From an uncultured delta proteobacterium (lineage in GTDB: Bacteria > Desulfobacterota > Binatia > Binatales > Binataceae), in assembly GCA_963724765.1 (NCBI GenBank), contig CAVRVY010000002.1:288001-352000 (forward strand): a stretch of DNA of 64,000 bases. The letters run 5' to 3'. The notes under the pieces were generated by a model. It did no database searches, was not told the origin of the DNA, and saw nothing but the letters and a program-made list of their open reading frames with translations. This document shows, one piece after another, positions 9,643 to 20,015 of this stretch; position 1 is the first letter of the stretch; the number at the start of each line of letters is the position of its first letter. The position numbers were made by a program, and so were the translations under genes.

Positions 9643-10449
9643 ATGGCTTATCCATACCGGCGGATTCTGGCCCCGATTGAGTTCGATGAAACTGCGCAAG
9701 CAGTATTGGAATCCGCAGTGCGGATAGCGACGGAAACCGGCGGCACGGTATTCCTGGTGCACGTGGTTCCGCTGGTCGTAGCGCCGACCGGGATGCCCAA
9801 CTACGTGGACATCTACAAGGACCAGGAAAAAATCGCGCAGCAGAAGCTTGAGGCTATCGCTGAACGCCATCGCGCGCAGGCGAAGTGCGAGCTGCTGACC
9901 CGGATTGGCGACCCGTCCCACGAGATCTTGAACCTCGAACGGCAGTTGGCGGCTGATTTGATCGTGCTCGCGACCCACGGCCGCAAGGGTTTTAGACGGA
10001 TGCTGCTCGGCAGTGTGGCCGAGGCCGTGTTGCGTGATGCCACCTGCCCGGTGTTGACCGTGCAGCGCCAGGAAGCTGACGTGCACATGGTCGCGAAGTG
10101 GATGACGCCGCATCCGATATGCGCTGAGCCGGCCGAAAAACTTTCGGCTGTGCGCGCCAAGATGTTCTCGGGCCACTTCCGCACCATGCCGGTCTTAAGC
10201 GGCGGCAAGCTCGCGGGGATTATCACCGACCGCGACCTGCGCCGCCACGAGGGCTACCTTGACCACACCGAGGCCAAACTCGCGATGACCACGGAGGTTG
10301 CTACGGTCGGCCCCGCCACGCCTGTGCATGAGGCGGCAAAAACCCTGCTCGAGCATAAGATAGGTGCGCTGCCGGTGGTCGAGGGTGAGCGCTTGGTCGG
10401 CATCATTTCCATCAGCGACGTACTGCGTGCCTTTCTGGAAGCAAATTGA
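9643..10449 (+). CDS. Universal stress protein fused to a CBS-domain pair
   Basis: USP motif ATHGRKG..LLGSVAE, then two CBS repeats (GIITDRDL; HKIGALPVV..GIISISDV). Confidence 0.92.
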   Translation: MAYPYRRILAPIEFDETAQAVLESAVRIATETGGTVFLVHVVPLVVAPTGMPNYVDIYKDQEKIAQQKLEAIAERHRAQAKCELLTRIGDPSHEILNLERQLAADLIVLATHGRKGFRRMLLGSVAEAVLRDATCPVLTVQRQEADVHMVAKWMTPHPICAEPAEKLSAVRAKMFSGHFRTMPVLSGGKLAGIITDRDLRRHEGYLDHTEAKLAMTTEVATVGPATPVHEAAKTLLEHKIGALPVVEGERLVGIISISDVLRAFLEAN

Positions 10450-10487
10450 ATAAGGCGACGCAGCGGGCGTAAGTCTGGTGTCGGTTT

Positions 10488-12134
10488 ATGGACCCTTCGA
10501 CTACGGCGCGAACGCAACCCGCCGGTTCGCATCGCGCTTTGCCGGCTACGGTCAGCGCGATGATGCGTCCGCAGCTCTATCCGAATCATCCTGTATGTGT
10601 GGAATTGCGTCAGACGCATGTCTCATACGCCTTCCTGGCGGGCGACTACGTTTACAAGATCAAGAAACCGGTGCGGTTCGCTTTTCTTGACGCCTCCACG
10701 CTCGCCCGCCGGCATCAATTGTGTCTCGACGAGGTGCGGCTCAACCGGCGGCTCGCGCCGGACGTCTATCTCGACGTCGTACCGATTTTAAGGCGCGGCA
10801 GTGATGAGCTGGCGTTGGGCGCGGCGTCCGTCGACGCGGCCGAAGCGAGTGCCGCGGTGGAGTGGGCGGTCAAGATGCGCCGGCTAGGGGAAGCCACGAT
10901 GCTCGATCGGATGGTGGCCGACGGCAACGTGAGCGTTGCGCAGATTCGCGCGATCGCGGCTCGACTCGCCGTCTTTCACCGCACAGCCGCCGCCGACAAG
11001 GGATGGAAGTACGGCGCGGCGGCGTCGATATGGCGGCTGGTGCACGGAAATCTGGAGGAATTCGCACTCGATGGTGCGGACACGATCGCGCAGGCGGAGC
11101 TGGACGAGCTCGAGCGCTTCGCCCATCGCGTGATCGAGTCGCGCTGGAGCCTGCTCAACCGTCGCGCACTCGGCGCCCGCGTATGCGAGGGGCACGGTGA
11201 CTTGCGCTGCGAACATGTTTCGTTCGCCGGCGATACGATCGCGATCATCGACTGCGTCGAGTTCAGCGAGGGGCTCCGCTACGTCGACGTTGCCTCGGAC
11301 GTGGGGTTTCTCGCGATGGATCTCGACCGGCTCGGCGCCCGTGGGCTCTCTGATGAGTTGGTGGGAGCGTATCGCGAGGCCTCCGGTGACGCCGATCTTC
11401 CGCTGCTGATTCCCTTGTACAAATTCTATCGCGCGCTGGTGCGCGCCAAGGTGGAGAGTCTCACCAGCCGCGATCCCGAGATTGCGGCCGACCGGCGCGC
11501 TGCCGCTACCGCCGCCGCGCGCCGCTACGTCGCGCTGGCGCTCGATTTCGCGCGCGAGTCGCGCCCCGCAATGGTGGTGGTCTGCGGACTCTCGGGCAGC
11601 GGCAAGTCGACCGTGGCGCGCCGCCTGGCCGACCGGCTCGGATTCGAATGGCTGCGCTCCGACGAAATCCGCAAGCGGCTGGCTAGCGTCCCGCCGGTCG
11701 AGCGTGTGTCCGATGGCTACGCGACCGGCGTCTACAGCCGCGAGTTCACCGAGAAGACTTACGCCGCCCTGCTCGGCGAGGCCGCGGCCCGGCTGCACGA
11801 CGGCGCCGGCGTGATCGTCGACGCCACCTTCGCCGCGCCTGCCTACCGCGCCGAGGCGCTGGCGCTCGCGGGGCGCGCCAGGCTCCCGCTGCTGTTCGTC
11901 GAATGTACTGCCAGCCACGACGAGATCGTGCGCCGCCTCACCGCTCGCGCACGTCGCGCCGACGAAATCTCCGATGCCGGCGTGGCGACTTATCTACGTC
12001 AGCGCGGCGAGTTCGTCATGTTGAAGGAGGTCCCGCAATCCCGGCACCTGGCTGTCGACACGGAGCAGGGCCTCGAAGCGGTGTCAGCGTCGATCACCGA
12101 GCGGCTTAAGAGCCTCGGTGGCACCAATGGCTAA
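10488..12134 (+). CDS. Aminoglycoside-phosphotransferase-like / P-loop kinase fusion (Rv2004c-like)
   Basis: QTHVS..YKIKKPV, EVRLNRRLAPDVY and HGDLR..IIDCVEF, then Walker A GLSGSGKS. Confidence 0.9.
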   Translation: MDPSTTARTQPAGSHRALPATVSAMMRPQLYPNHPVCVELRQTHVSYAFLAGDYVYKIKKPVRFAFLDASTLARRHQLCLDEVRLNRRLAPDVYLDVVPILRRGSDELALGAASVDAAEASAAVEWAVKMRRLGEATMLDRMVADGNVSVAQIRAIAARLAVFHRTAAADKGWKYGAAASIWRLVHGNLEEFALDGADTIAQAELDELERFAHRVIESRWSLLNRRALGARVCEGHGDLRCEHVSFAGDTIAIIDCVEFSEGLRYVDVASDVGFLAMDLDRLGARGLSDELVGAYREASGDADLPLLIPLYKFYRALVRAKVESLTSRDPEIAADRRAAATAAARRYVALALDFARESRPAMVVVCGLSGSGKSTVARRLADRLGFEWLRSDEIRKRLASVPPVERVSDGYATGVYSREFTEKTYAALLGEAAARLHDGAGVIVDATFAAPAYRAEALALAGRARLPLLFVECTASHDEIVRRLTARARRADEISDAGVATYLRQRGEFVMLKEVPQSRHLAVDTEQGLEAVSASITERLKSLGGTNG

Positions 12135-12173
12135 CGGCGAAAGCGCGGCTGCCCCGACCGCCGCCGGCGCAGG

Positions 12174-13103
12174 CTATGCGGCGGCGCCCATAAGTATGTG
12201 GAAGATTTGGATAATCGCCGGGCCGAGAATGATGATCATCATGGCGGGCAGAATCAGCAGTACCAGCGGCAGAAGCATTTTAACCGAGCTTTTTTGCGCC
12301 GCCTCTTCAGCCATCAGACGCCGCTTGGCGCTGAGCAGTTCGGCGGCCGCGCGCAATGAAGGCCCCAGGCGCCCGCCGATCTCCTTGCTCTGGATGAATA
12401 CCGCGCCGATTGCCTTGAGGTCGTCCACCCCGGTCCGTTCGCTGAGGTTGCGCATGCTGTCCTCGAGCGAAACGCCGGCGCTCATTTCGGCCGCCGCGGT
12501 CGTAAACTCCTTGCCCAGCACGCGGCCCTGCCGCGCGGTCTCGCGGCCGACGACTCTGATCGCTTCGAGCAGTCCCTGTCCGGCCTCCAGCGTGACCACG
12601 AGCAGATCGAGTATCGCGGGCAGTTCGTGCAGGATGGTGTGTTGACGTTTTCGTCCCAGGCGCTTGACGATATTGCCGGGCAGCAGATAACCGATCACCG
12701 CACCGCCCAGCAGCGCCGGAATCCGCCATCTTGGATAAAAGTGCGAGATCACCAGGCCCGCCGAAATTACCAGTACGAAGGAGGCGACTCGTGCCGCGCG
12801 GTATACTGCCAACTGCTCCACCTGGTTGAAGCCGGCCCGGGTCAGCGCGATGTGGGTTTGCCGTACCTCGGGCGCGTTCTGATCGACGGTGTCGGTCTTA
12901 TTGACCCACCACGCGAGCAATTGCCCGGGAATGCCGCTCCACTGCAGCGATGACCGGGCGAGGGCGCCGGAGCCGCTGTACCTCGCGACGGCGCGCTCTC
13001 GCGTCCAGGAACTTTGCGGTTGATCCCTGGTAAAGCCGAAATACAGCGCCATCACAGTAGTCAATCCGAGGAAAAAGACAGTAATGGCGATCATGTAAGA
13101 CAT
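12174..13103 (-). CDS. tadC: Tad pilus assembly protein TadC (T2SS F family)
   Basis: ELPAILDLLVVTLEAGQGL and AEEAAQKSSVKMLLPL; operon context. Confidence 0.9.
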   Translation of the reverse strand: MSYMIAITVFFLGLTTVMALYFGFTRDQPQSSWTRERAVARYSGSGALARSSLQWSGIPGQLLAWWVNKTDTVDQNAPEVRQTHIALTRAGFNQVEQLAVYRAARVASFVLVISAGLVISHFYPRWRIPALLGGAVIGYLLPGNIVKRLGRKRQHTILHELPAILDLLVVTLEAGQGLLEAIRVVGRETARQGRVLGKEFTTAAAEMSAGVSLEDSMRNLSERTGVDDLKAIGAVFIQSKEIGGRLGPSLRAAAELLSAKRRLMAEEAAQKSSVKMLLPLVLLILPAMMIIILGPAIIQIFHILMGAAA

Positions 13104-13104
13104 G

Positions 13105-14043
13105 CTAATAGTTCACCCGCGCGATTCGGCGCATCACGAAGAACGCGACTATGTCGAGCACGACCGCGGTCTCGAGCATCTTTTGCCCGTACTCGTTATG
13201 GAACAGCGGGCGCGTATAGTCCGGGTTGATGAGGCTGAAGGCCAGTAGCACGATGAACGGGAGCAAAGTGACGATGATCGCGCTCGCCCGCGATTGCGCG
13301 GTGAGCGCGCGCAACTGATGCTCTGCGCGCTGCCGATTGCGCATCCCCTCCGCGACGTGTTGGAAAACCTCAGCCAGGCTGCTCCCAACGTCGGTCTGGA
13401 CCCGCACGGCGGCGACCAGGAAGCCCAGCTCTTCGACCGGCGCCCGCCGGTACATCGCCTCGAGCGCCAGCGGCAGGGTCATCCCAAGCTGGACCTGCTC
13501 GACGATCAGGCGCAGCTCGCTGGAGACGGGCTCGGGCAGATTCTGCCCCGCCATTTGAAGCGCGCGCAGCATCGTATGGCCCGACTCGAGCGCCGACTTG
13601 AGCAGGTCGATGAGATATGGCAGTTGCTCGCCGAGCAGCGCGAGCCGTTGTTTGCGCATTCGACGCGCGTAAAACACCGGCAGCATGGCGGCTGCGATAC
13701 CGAACAGCAGCGCGCCGGTGACGCTCAGCCAGTAACCCGAGATGACGGTGCCCGCAACCAGCAGCGCCGGTATCGCGAGCATTAGCGACGCGGTCGCCTG
13801 ACGCATGGTCTCGCTGAGGTAGCGGCCCACCCACGGCACCGTGCTCAGCCGCGCAAGCACGAGCGTCATCTCGTCCTTGGGCGCAGCCCACCCAGGCTGC
13901 GCGCGCGGGCTCGTCGGCGAATTTCCGAGCCGCCGCTGGAGAACCCGTTCCTCAGCGAGCCGATGTTTTTGCCGGATCGTGTAGTACGCGGCCACGGGGC
14001 TTATCAGCAGGATAAAGCAGACGAATGTGACCAGCTCGGTCAT
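13105..14043 (-). CDS. tadB: Tad pilus assembly protein TadB (T2SS F family)
   Basis: EQLPYLIDLLKSALESGH, VQTDVGSSLAEVF and RALTAQSRAS. Confidence 0.9.
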   Translation of the reverse strand: MTELVTFVCFILLISPVAAYYTIRQKHRLAEERVLQRRLGNSPTSPRAQPGWAAPKDEMTLVLARLSTVPWVGRYLSETMRQATASLMLAIPALLVAGTVISGYWLSVTGALLFGIAAAMLPVFYARRMRKQRLALLGEQLPYLIDLLKSALESGHTMLRALQMAGQNLPEPVSSELRLIVEQVQLGMTLPLALEAMYRRAPVEELGFLVAAVRVQTDVGSSLAEVFQHVAEGMRNRQRAEHQLRALTAQSRASAIIVTLLPFIVLLAFSLINPDYTRPLFHNEYGQKMLETAVVLDIVAFFVMRRIARVNY

Positions 14044-14047
14044 CGCG

Positions 14048-15436
14048 TTAGTGCAGCTCGCGCGAAGCGAGCATCGAGTGCGGAAGCGCGAAACCGGCGG
14101 CCTCGAAGCGCTCGGTATAGAAAGGGCGTGTGCCGGTGCTTCTGAAATGGCCCAGCACCTTGCCGGTCGGATCGACCCCGGTGCGCACGTATTCGAACAG
14201 GTCCTGGGTCAGCACGGTGTCGCCCTCCATCCCGGTAATCTCGGTTATCTTGATGATCTTGCGGGCGCCGTCGGAGTGGCGCGCGAGCTGGATGATCAGG
14301 TTGATCGAGTTGGCGACATACTGATGCATCGCCTTCTCCGGCAGCGCCACGCCCGACAACAGCATCATCATCTCGAGCCGCCCCAGTGAGTCGCGCGGAG
14401 TGTTGGCATGGATGGTGGCCATCGAGCCGTCGTGGCCGGTCGACATCGCCTGCAGCATGTCGAGCACTTCGGCGCCGCGCACCTCGCCGACGATCACGCG
14501 GTCGGGACGCATCCGCAAGGTATTGCGAAACAGCTCGCGCTGCGTGACCTCGCCCTTACCCTCGACGTTGGGCGGGCGGGTCTCCAGGCGGAAGACCTGG
14601 GGCTGCTGCAAGGCGAGCTCAGCGGCGTCCTCGATCGTGATGATGCGCTGGTTTTCGGGGATATAGGTGGAGAGGCAGTTAAGCAACGTGGTTTTGCCGC
14701 TGCCGGTGCCGCCGCTGATCAGGATGTTGAGCCGGGTGAGCACCGCGATGCGCACGAAGTCGGCCACCTCCTGGGTGCACGTGCCGTTGATGATCAGATC
14801 TTCCATCCGGTAGCTATGGCCGCCGAAGCGGCGGATGCATAATCCGGGGCCGTCGATCGCGAGCGGCGGTATGATGGCGTGCACACGCGAGCCGTCGGGC
14901 AGCCGCGCATCAACCATCGGCGAAGCCTCGTCGATCCGCCGGCCGACGCGCGACACGATGCGGTTGATGACGCTCATCAGATGCCGATCGTCGCGAAAGC
15001 GCACGGTGGTCTTGTAGATTTTGCCGTTGCGCTCGATCCATACCCCGCGGTAGCCGTTGACCAGGATGTCGGAGATGTCATTGTCCTGGAGCAGCGGCTC
15101 GAGCGGGCCGAGCCCCAGCATGTCGCTGGTGGTGGCTTCGATCAGGCGTTCGCGATCGGCTTCGGCCAGCAGCAGATGCTCTTCGTCGACCAGTTCGTCG
15201 ATGACCGCGTTGACCTGCGCCAACAGCGGCGCGTAGCCCGCATCTTCGAGCTTGGTGACGTCGATTTTCTTGAGCAGCAGATCCTGGATCCTGCCCTTGA
15301 GCGCCTGGAAACGCTCCTTGCCCACGTCCTCGCGGGACGAGGTCATGAGTTGGCGCGTGTCGATGGCAAAGAGCGAAGGCCCGGCCGCTGAGGGCGCTCC
15401 CTCTCCGTCGCCTTGCAGACGATCAATTAGACCCAT
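14048..15436 (-). CDS. tadA: Tad secretion ATPase TadA/CpaF
   Basis: [21 protein letters not shown], Walker A GGTGSGKT and [15 protein letters not shown]. Confidence 0.96.
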   Translation of the reverse strand: MGLIDRLQGDGEGAPSAAGPSLFAIDTRQLMTSSREDVGKERFQALKGRIQDLLLKKIDVTKLEDAGYAPLLAQVNAVIDELVDEEHLLLAEADRERLIEATTSDMLGLGPLEPLLQDNDISDILVNGYRGVWIERNGKIYKTTVRFRDDRHLMSVINRIVSRVGRRIDEASPMVDARLPDGSRVHAIIPPLAIDGPGLCIRRFGGHSYRMEDLIINGTCTQEVADFVRIAVLTRLNILISGGTGSGKTTLLNCLSTYIPENQRIITIEDAAELALQQPQVFRLETRPPNVEGKGEVTQRELFRNTLRMRPDRVIVGEVRGAEVLDMLQAMSTGHDGSMATIHANTPRDSLGRLEMMMLLSGVALPEKAMHQYVANSINLIIQLARHSDGARKIIKITEITGMEGDTVLTQDLFEYVRTGVDPTGKVLGHFRSTGTRPFYTERFEAAGFALPHSMLASRELH

Positions 15437-15451
15437 CGGCGGCGTGTCTCC

Positions 15452-16687
15452 CTAATGACCCATCGCATTCATCAGCCTGGAGAAAACGCCGGGCTTGAGC
15501 GCGCCGTTGCTGGCGTCCGGAGCCCCAATCAGAGTTTTGGCCAATTGCTCGACCGCGAGCAGTAGCGGCGACCCCGCCGGCAGCGTGGAAAGCCCGTCGC
15601 CCTGCGCCTCGGTGGCAGCCAGCGCCGCGTCGTCGTGCGGAACGCAAAAGGCCACCGGCCGATGCAACGCGGCCTCGATCTTCTCCAGCGTGACAGCATG
15701 TGAAGGGCGGCAGTGGTTGAGCAACAGGTCAAGCGAGACGTGTTTGAGTTTGAGCCGCTCGAACAGGTCAAGGAAGCGCTGCGCAGCCCGCACTCCGGTG
15801 ATCGACTGATCGAGCACGTATAGCACGTTACCGGCGCGCTCCCACGCCGCCACCGTGCCTTCGTTCACATGATGGCCGCAATCGATGAGTACGTAGTCGA
15901 ACAATTGCAGCATCACTCCGATGGTCGCTTCTATAGTGCCTGGCGAGACCATCTCGCCGTCCTCGATCCGTGCCGGCGCGCTCAAAAGGTACAGCCCGGA
16001 GGCATGTTTACTCGCCGCTGATTCCAGGCGAATCGAATCCACGCTGGTGGTCGGGTCGGCGAGCTCGCCGATCGAATGGATACTCTCGAGGTCGAGAATC
16101 GCCGCGAGCGAGGCTGCCTGAAGGCCGAGGTCGACCAGCGCGACTTGTTTTTGCGTCAAGCGGCGCAGCGCGAGGCCCAATGCGACCGTCAGGCTGCTGA
16201 CGCCAACTCCGCCCGATACGCTGACCAGTGCGTAGGCCGCTTTGCTCGCCCGCCCGCCGCCGCGGCTGATTTCGCTGACCGTCCACAGCGAGCGCGCGAG
16301 GTCCACCGGATCAACCGGCATGAACAATACTTCATTAGCGCCGGCGCTTAACGCGCTGCGCACCGCTTCCGGCGTGCGCCGGCTGACCACCGCCGTCACC
16401 TGCGACCAGTTGCCGCTCTCGATCCACGGCCGCAGCTCCTCGTGCCACAGGTCGAGGTCCTCGTCGAGCAGTATCATCAGGATACGCACCGCATCGCCTT
16501 GCGCGGGCGCCTGTCCGGCGGCTGAAACCTCGGCAATCTCCATCCTGAGGTCGGTGAGCGCGGCCAGCAATTCGCGCAATGCGGTACGCTGCGCGGGCGT
16601 GCCTCCAGCCAGCGAGATGTTGAGGCTGCCGCGCCGCTTGTGCTGAGCGGTATTGAGGCTGTTGCCGTTGTGTTGCGCTGAGTTCAT
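15452..16687 (-). CDS. cpaE: CpaE/TadZ pilus localisation ATPase (degenerate receiver + MinD-like domain)
   Basis: ALSAGANEVL receiver remnant; deviant Walker A SGGVGVSS; VALVDL; FDYVLIDC. Confidence 0.85.
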   Translation of the reverse strand: MNSAQHNGNSLNTAQHKRRGSLNISLAGGTPAQRTALRELLAALTDLRMEIAEVSAAGQAPAQGDAVRILMILLDEDLDLWHEELRPWIESGNWSQVTAVVSRRTPEAVRSALSAGANEVLFMPVDPVDLARSLWTVSEISRGGGRASKAAYALVSVSGGVGVSSLTVALGLALRRLTQKQVALVDLGLQAASLAAILDLESIHSIGELADPTTSVDSIRLESAASKHASGLYLLSAPARIEDGEMVSPGTIEATIGVMLQLFDYVLIDCGHHVNEGTVAAWERAGNVLYVLDQSITGVRAAQRFLDLFERLKLKHVSLDLLLNHCRPSHAVTLEKIEAALHRPVAFCVPHDDAALAATEAQGDGLSTLPAGSPLLLAVEQLAKTLIGAPDASNGALKPGVFSRLMNAMGH

Positions 16688-16946
16688 TGCCCCTCCGGCT
16701 GACTCGCGGCGGCGTCCGCGCGAACGCGCCTATTCACTGGTCATGGTCTGGGCTCTATTGCGATATGTCTCGCGGACGATCCATCCGACGTCCGTTCGCG
16801 ATACAGCGTGTCCCTTCTGCACATCACTTATCTTCAGCAATGTAGGCAAAGCTCGCATCAGCCAAAAAGTGGAGCATGATCCATACCAGTGACGCGATTA
16901 GTCAATTTACACTCACTTGATTTGATAGCCATTTGGACCGCGATAT

Positions 16947-16961
16947 TGGATCGCTCCTTGC
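16947..16961 (+). promoter_or_regulatory. Possible sigma54 promoter of the tadG-like gene
   Basis: TGGAtcgctccTTGC (GG-N10-GC), 30 bp upstream of ATG 16992. Confidence 0.4.
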
Positions 16962-16991
16962 GTGATCGCGCCTTGGGGAAAGCAGTGCGGT

Positions 16992-17960
16992 ATGGGATTG
17001 ATCCAAAACTATAGGCGCACGCGGCGCGGAAGACGGGGTCAGATCATGGTCATCCTCGCGCTGGCGATGGTCGGGCTAGTCGGAATAGCCGCGCTCGGAA
17101 TCGACGTCATTTATATCTACTGGAATAAAAACCAACTGCAGGGCGGCACCGACGCTGCAGCTTTGGCAGGCGCTACTTACTTCAACAACGTTACCTTCTC
17201 CGGGAAGAACGCCCTATGCCTTTACGCAACCGACGCACAAAACGCGGCCTGCACCTATGCGCTCAACGACGGAGTCTTGGCGAGCGAACTCACCAGCGTG
17301 GTCGCCAACTCGAGCAATCAGTCGATGACCGTGAGCGCGACGCGCAAGATATCCACCCTGCTGGCCAAGGTCGTAGGTATCCAAAACTTTACCGTGAGCG
17401 CCACTTCCGTGGCGGTGTTGCAGGGTCTGGCTTCCGCCACTGACGTCGCGCCGATAGGGCTCGACTCGACCACCACTTATATCTATGGAAAGTCGATCAC
17501 GCTGCACAATGGAAATTGCGGTGCGGGATGCTGGGGCGGGCTCAGCCTGATGGATTCGAACGGCAGGAGCAACGGTGGTAGCGCATTCAGCCAGAATCTT
17601 GGTTCTGGATGTACTTGCATAGTCAATCTCGGCGATATTCTGTCATCCGAGCCGGGGGCGAAGGTTGGTCCGATCGGCCAAGGCGTAAGCGCCCGCGTGG
17701 CCGCGGGAAATGCCTCGGATCCCAGCGGCACCTGGTCCTCGCATACCTTGAGCGACGCACGGGCTACGGTGGTCCCGGTGGTCAAGTGGAGCGGCTGCAA
17801 CGGCAACTGCTCGGTTCCGGTGAGCGGGTTTGCGGAAGTGTGGATCTCGGGCTCCAGCGGCGCGGATATCAGCGCGGTATTCATTCGCCAGGTCGAGCCC
17901 GGAACTGCCGGCACGGGCGGGACGAATATGGGCGCGGTTTATGCTCGGCTTACGCAGTGA
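16992..17960 (+). CDS. TadG-like pseudopilin / pilus tip protein
   Basis: RRG|Q prepilin cleavage site followed by a TM helix; LQGGTDAAALAGA motif; Cys pairs in the C-terminal domain. Confidence 0.85.
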   Translation: MGLIQNYRRTRRGRRGQIMVILALAMVGLVGIAALGIDVIYIYWNKNQLQGGTDAAALAGATYFNNVTFSGKNALCLYATDAQNAACTYALNDGVLASELTSVVANSSNQSMTVSATRKISTLLAKVVGIQNFTVSATSVAVLQGLASATDVAPIGLDSTTTYIYGKSITLHNGNCGAGCWGGLSLMDSNGRSNGGSAFSQNLGSGCTCIVNLGDILSSEPGAKVGPIGQGVSARVAAGNASDPSGTWSSHTLSDARATVVPVVKWSGCNGNCSVPVSGFAEVWISGSSGADISAVFIRQVEPGTAGTGGTNMGAVYARLTQ

Positions 17961-18091
17961 GTAACACGCCACTACGGAAGAATCGAAGCGCATAACGATT
18001 CCCGCGCCGGGAAAAAGGCGCTCACTGGAAAAGCAGTCGCAGTGGCTTCGAGTCCGCTGCTGTCAGTAACGACGTTTGAGGCGAATCAGCT

Positions 18092-18484
18092 GTGACCGTA
18101 CCAGCGTTGATAATCGACGACTCGCCGTTCGCGCGGAAAATCATCCGCCATCATTTAACCAAGCTCGGCTTCCATATCGTGGGCGAAGCCGAGACTGCCG
18201 CGCACGGGCTGCGGCTCTTCAGAGAGCTCAAGCCCAAGCTGGTCACGCTGGATGTGATGATGCCCGAGCGTGAAGGCATCGACAGCCTGACGGCCTTCCG
18301 AACGATGAGAAAAGAGGCTCCGGAGACTGCGATCGTGGTCGTGAGCGCGGTGCCGTTCGAGAAGACGCGCGATACGTTCTTGAATGAGGGTGCGACCGCT
18401 TATGTGATCAAGCCATTTAGCCAGTTCTCGTTCGAACCGGTGCGGCAAAAGTTGCAGCGGGCTTTTCCCGCCTGGACCGCATAG
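18092..18484 (+). CDS. Single-domain response regulator (CheY-like)
   Basis: IIDDS, TLDVMMP..DG, VSA and VIKPF. Confidence 0.93.
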   Translation: MTVPALIIDDSPFARKIIRHHLTKLGFHIVGEAETAAHGLRLFRELKPKLVTLDVMMPEREGIDSLTAFRTMRKEAPETAIVVVSAVPFEKTRDTFLNEGATAYVIKPFSQFSFEPVRQKLQRAFPAWTA

Positions 18485-18615
18485 CCGCTGAACCTGAATG
18501 GCCGGAGCTGGCCCCCGCGCGGCCAGGGTCTTTCGAGGATCGGGGATTCAGATCGCGGGAGACTAAGGCGGCGGGTGATTAATGCTGCGGGACAGCAACG
18601 CTTCTGGAGAGCAAT

Positions 18616-18978
18616 ATGAATACGGACTCGCACGACACGGCCAATGACGCTCCGATCGATCAAAAAGCTATTCAGGATCTGCGCGCCGAAGGCGAGAACC
18701 TGCTGAGCGACCTGGTGGATATGTTCATCGGCGAGGTTCCGGGCCAGTTGGCGACGCTCGAGGCGGCACTGGCAAAGGGAGACGCCGGCGCCACCAGGCT
18801 GACCGCGCATACGCTCAAAGGCACGGGCAGCAACTTTGGCGCTTCGCGGATGCAGGCGCTTGCAAGCGCGATCGAGGAAAAGGGCCGCAACGGCTCGCTC
18901 GACGGGGCGTCCGCGACCTTCGTCGAGTTATGCGCCGAGTGCGCTCGGGTTCGCGAGGCTCTCAAAGCCGTGCGCTGA
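18616..18978 (+). CDS. Stand-alone Hpt phosphotransfer protein
   Basis: AHTLKGTGSNFGA motif. Confidence 0.92.
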   Translation: MNTDSHDTANDAPIDQKAIQDLRAEGENLLSDLVDMFIGEVPGQLATLEAALAKGDAGATRLTAHTLKGTGSNFGASRMQALASAIEEKGRNGSLDGASATFVELCAECARVREALKAVR

Positions 18979-19011
18979 GCGGGACCGCCCGTGGCTAAGC
19001 GGCCCTCAGTT

Positions 19012-20001
19012 CTAGAAAGTTTTCAGTTCCAGGAAATCAGGGACTTCAGAGCCGATACCGAGACGGCGCGCCTCCTGGTAGACAGCGTATCCCGAAGCTA
19101 CGTCCTGAACCGCTGTGCCGACGGACTTGAACAGCGTGATCTGATCGTCCGCCTCGCGGCCCGATGCCCGTCCAGCGACCACTTCCTGCAGTTCGATTAC
19201 TTTGCCGCGGTCGTAGCTGCCGTTGGCGAGCGCGTCGATAACGTCGCCCGATTCTTCTTCGATTTGTCTGGTCTGGCAGTCAATTACTATTCGCCCTGCA
19301 CGCGCGAAACTTTCCGAATCAATCTCGCGCAATTTCGGCATCGTCGAACCAATGGCGTTGACGTGCATCCCGGTGTGCGCCCACCCGCCACGAAAAGCGA
19401 TTCCATCTCCCTTGCCGGTCGTATTTGTGGCGACCACTGCGATGTCCGCCCATTCCATGCAGCTTTCCGGGCTTTCGCAGGCGTTAACTTCGATTTTCAG
19501 CTCCCGGCCCATGCGCTCTGCGAATGCAGCACGCCGCTCACGATTCGGACTGAACACTGTCACCCGCTCGACCTGGCGCACCGCGCAAACGCCGAGCAGG
19601 TTGGTGCGGGCCTCGAGCCCGGAGCCAATAACCGCCACGCGCCGTGCATCACGCCTGGCCATGAACTTTGTCGCGACGCCAGTGGTGGCGCCGGTCCGCG
19701 CCGCGGTTAGATAGTGGGCGTCCATCATCGCCAGCAACAGTCCGCTCGCCTGTTCGTAGATCGCGATAAGATAACGGACGCCGTCCTGCACGGATCCATG
19801 AAAAGCCTTGAACCCCATGATGCCGCTGCCGTTCATCACGGTGGGCATGAGACGGAAAAATCCCCGCCCATTGGGCAGGCTGAGACGCGGTGGCAGCACC
19901 ACCTGTTCCGCGGCTTGCTCGCGTAGGCCGGCTTCCACAGCCTCCACGAGCCTTTGCATGTCGGCCAGGCGTTCTACCTCGCGTGCGTTCAAAAGCAGCA
20001 T
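19012..20001 (-). CDS. Ornithine cyclodeaminase / mu-crystallin family protein
   Basis: LTAARTGA, IGSGLEA (Rossmann fold), HVNAIGS..REID and ITLFKSVGTAVQD. Confidence 0.92.
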   Translation of the reverse strand: MLLLNAREVERLADMQRLVEAVEAGLREQAAEQVVLPPRLSLPNGRGFFRLMPTVMNGSGIMGFKAFHGSVQDGVRYLIAIYEQASGLLLAMMDAHYLTAARTGATTGVATKFMARRDARRVAVIGSGLEARTNLLGVCAVRQVERVTVFSPNRERRAAFAERMGRELKIEVNACESPESCMEWADIAVVATNTTGKGDGIAFRGGWAHTGMHVNAIGSTMPKLREIDSESFARAGRIVIDCQTRQIEEESGDVIDALANGSYDRGKVIELQEVVAGRASGREADDQITLFKSVGTAVQDVASGYAVYQEARRLGIGSEVPDFLELKTF

Positions 20002-20015
20002 TGGAGGCCGTGGTT

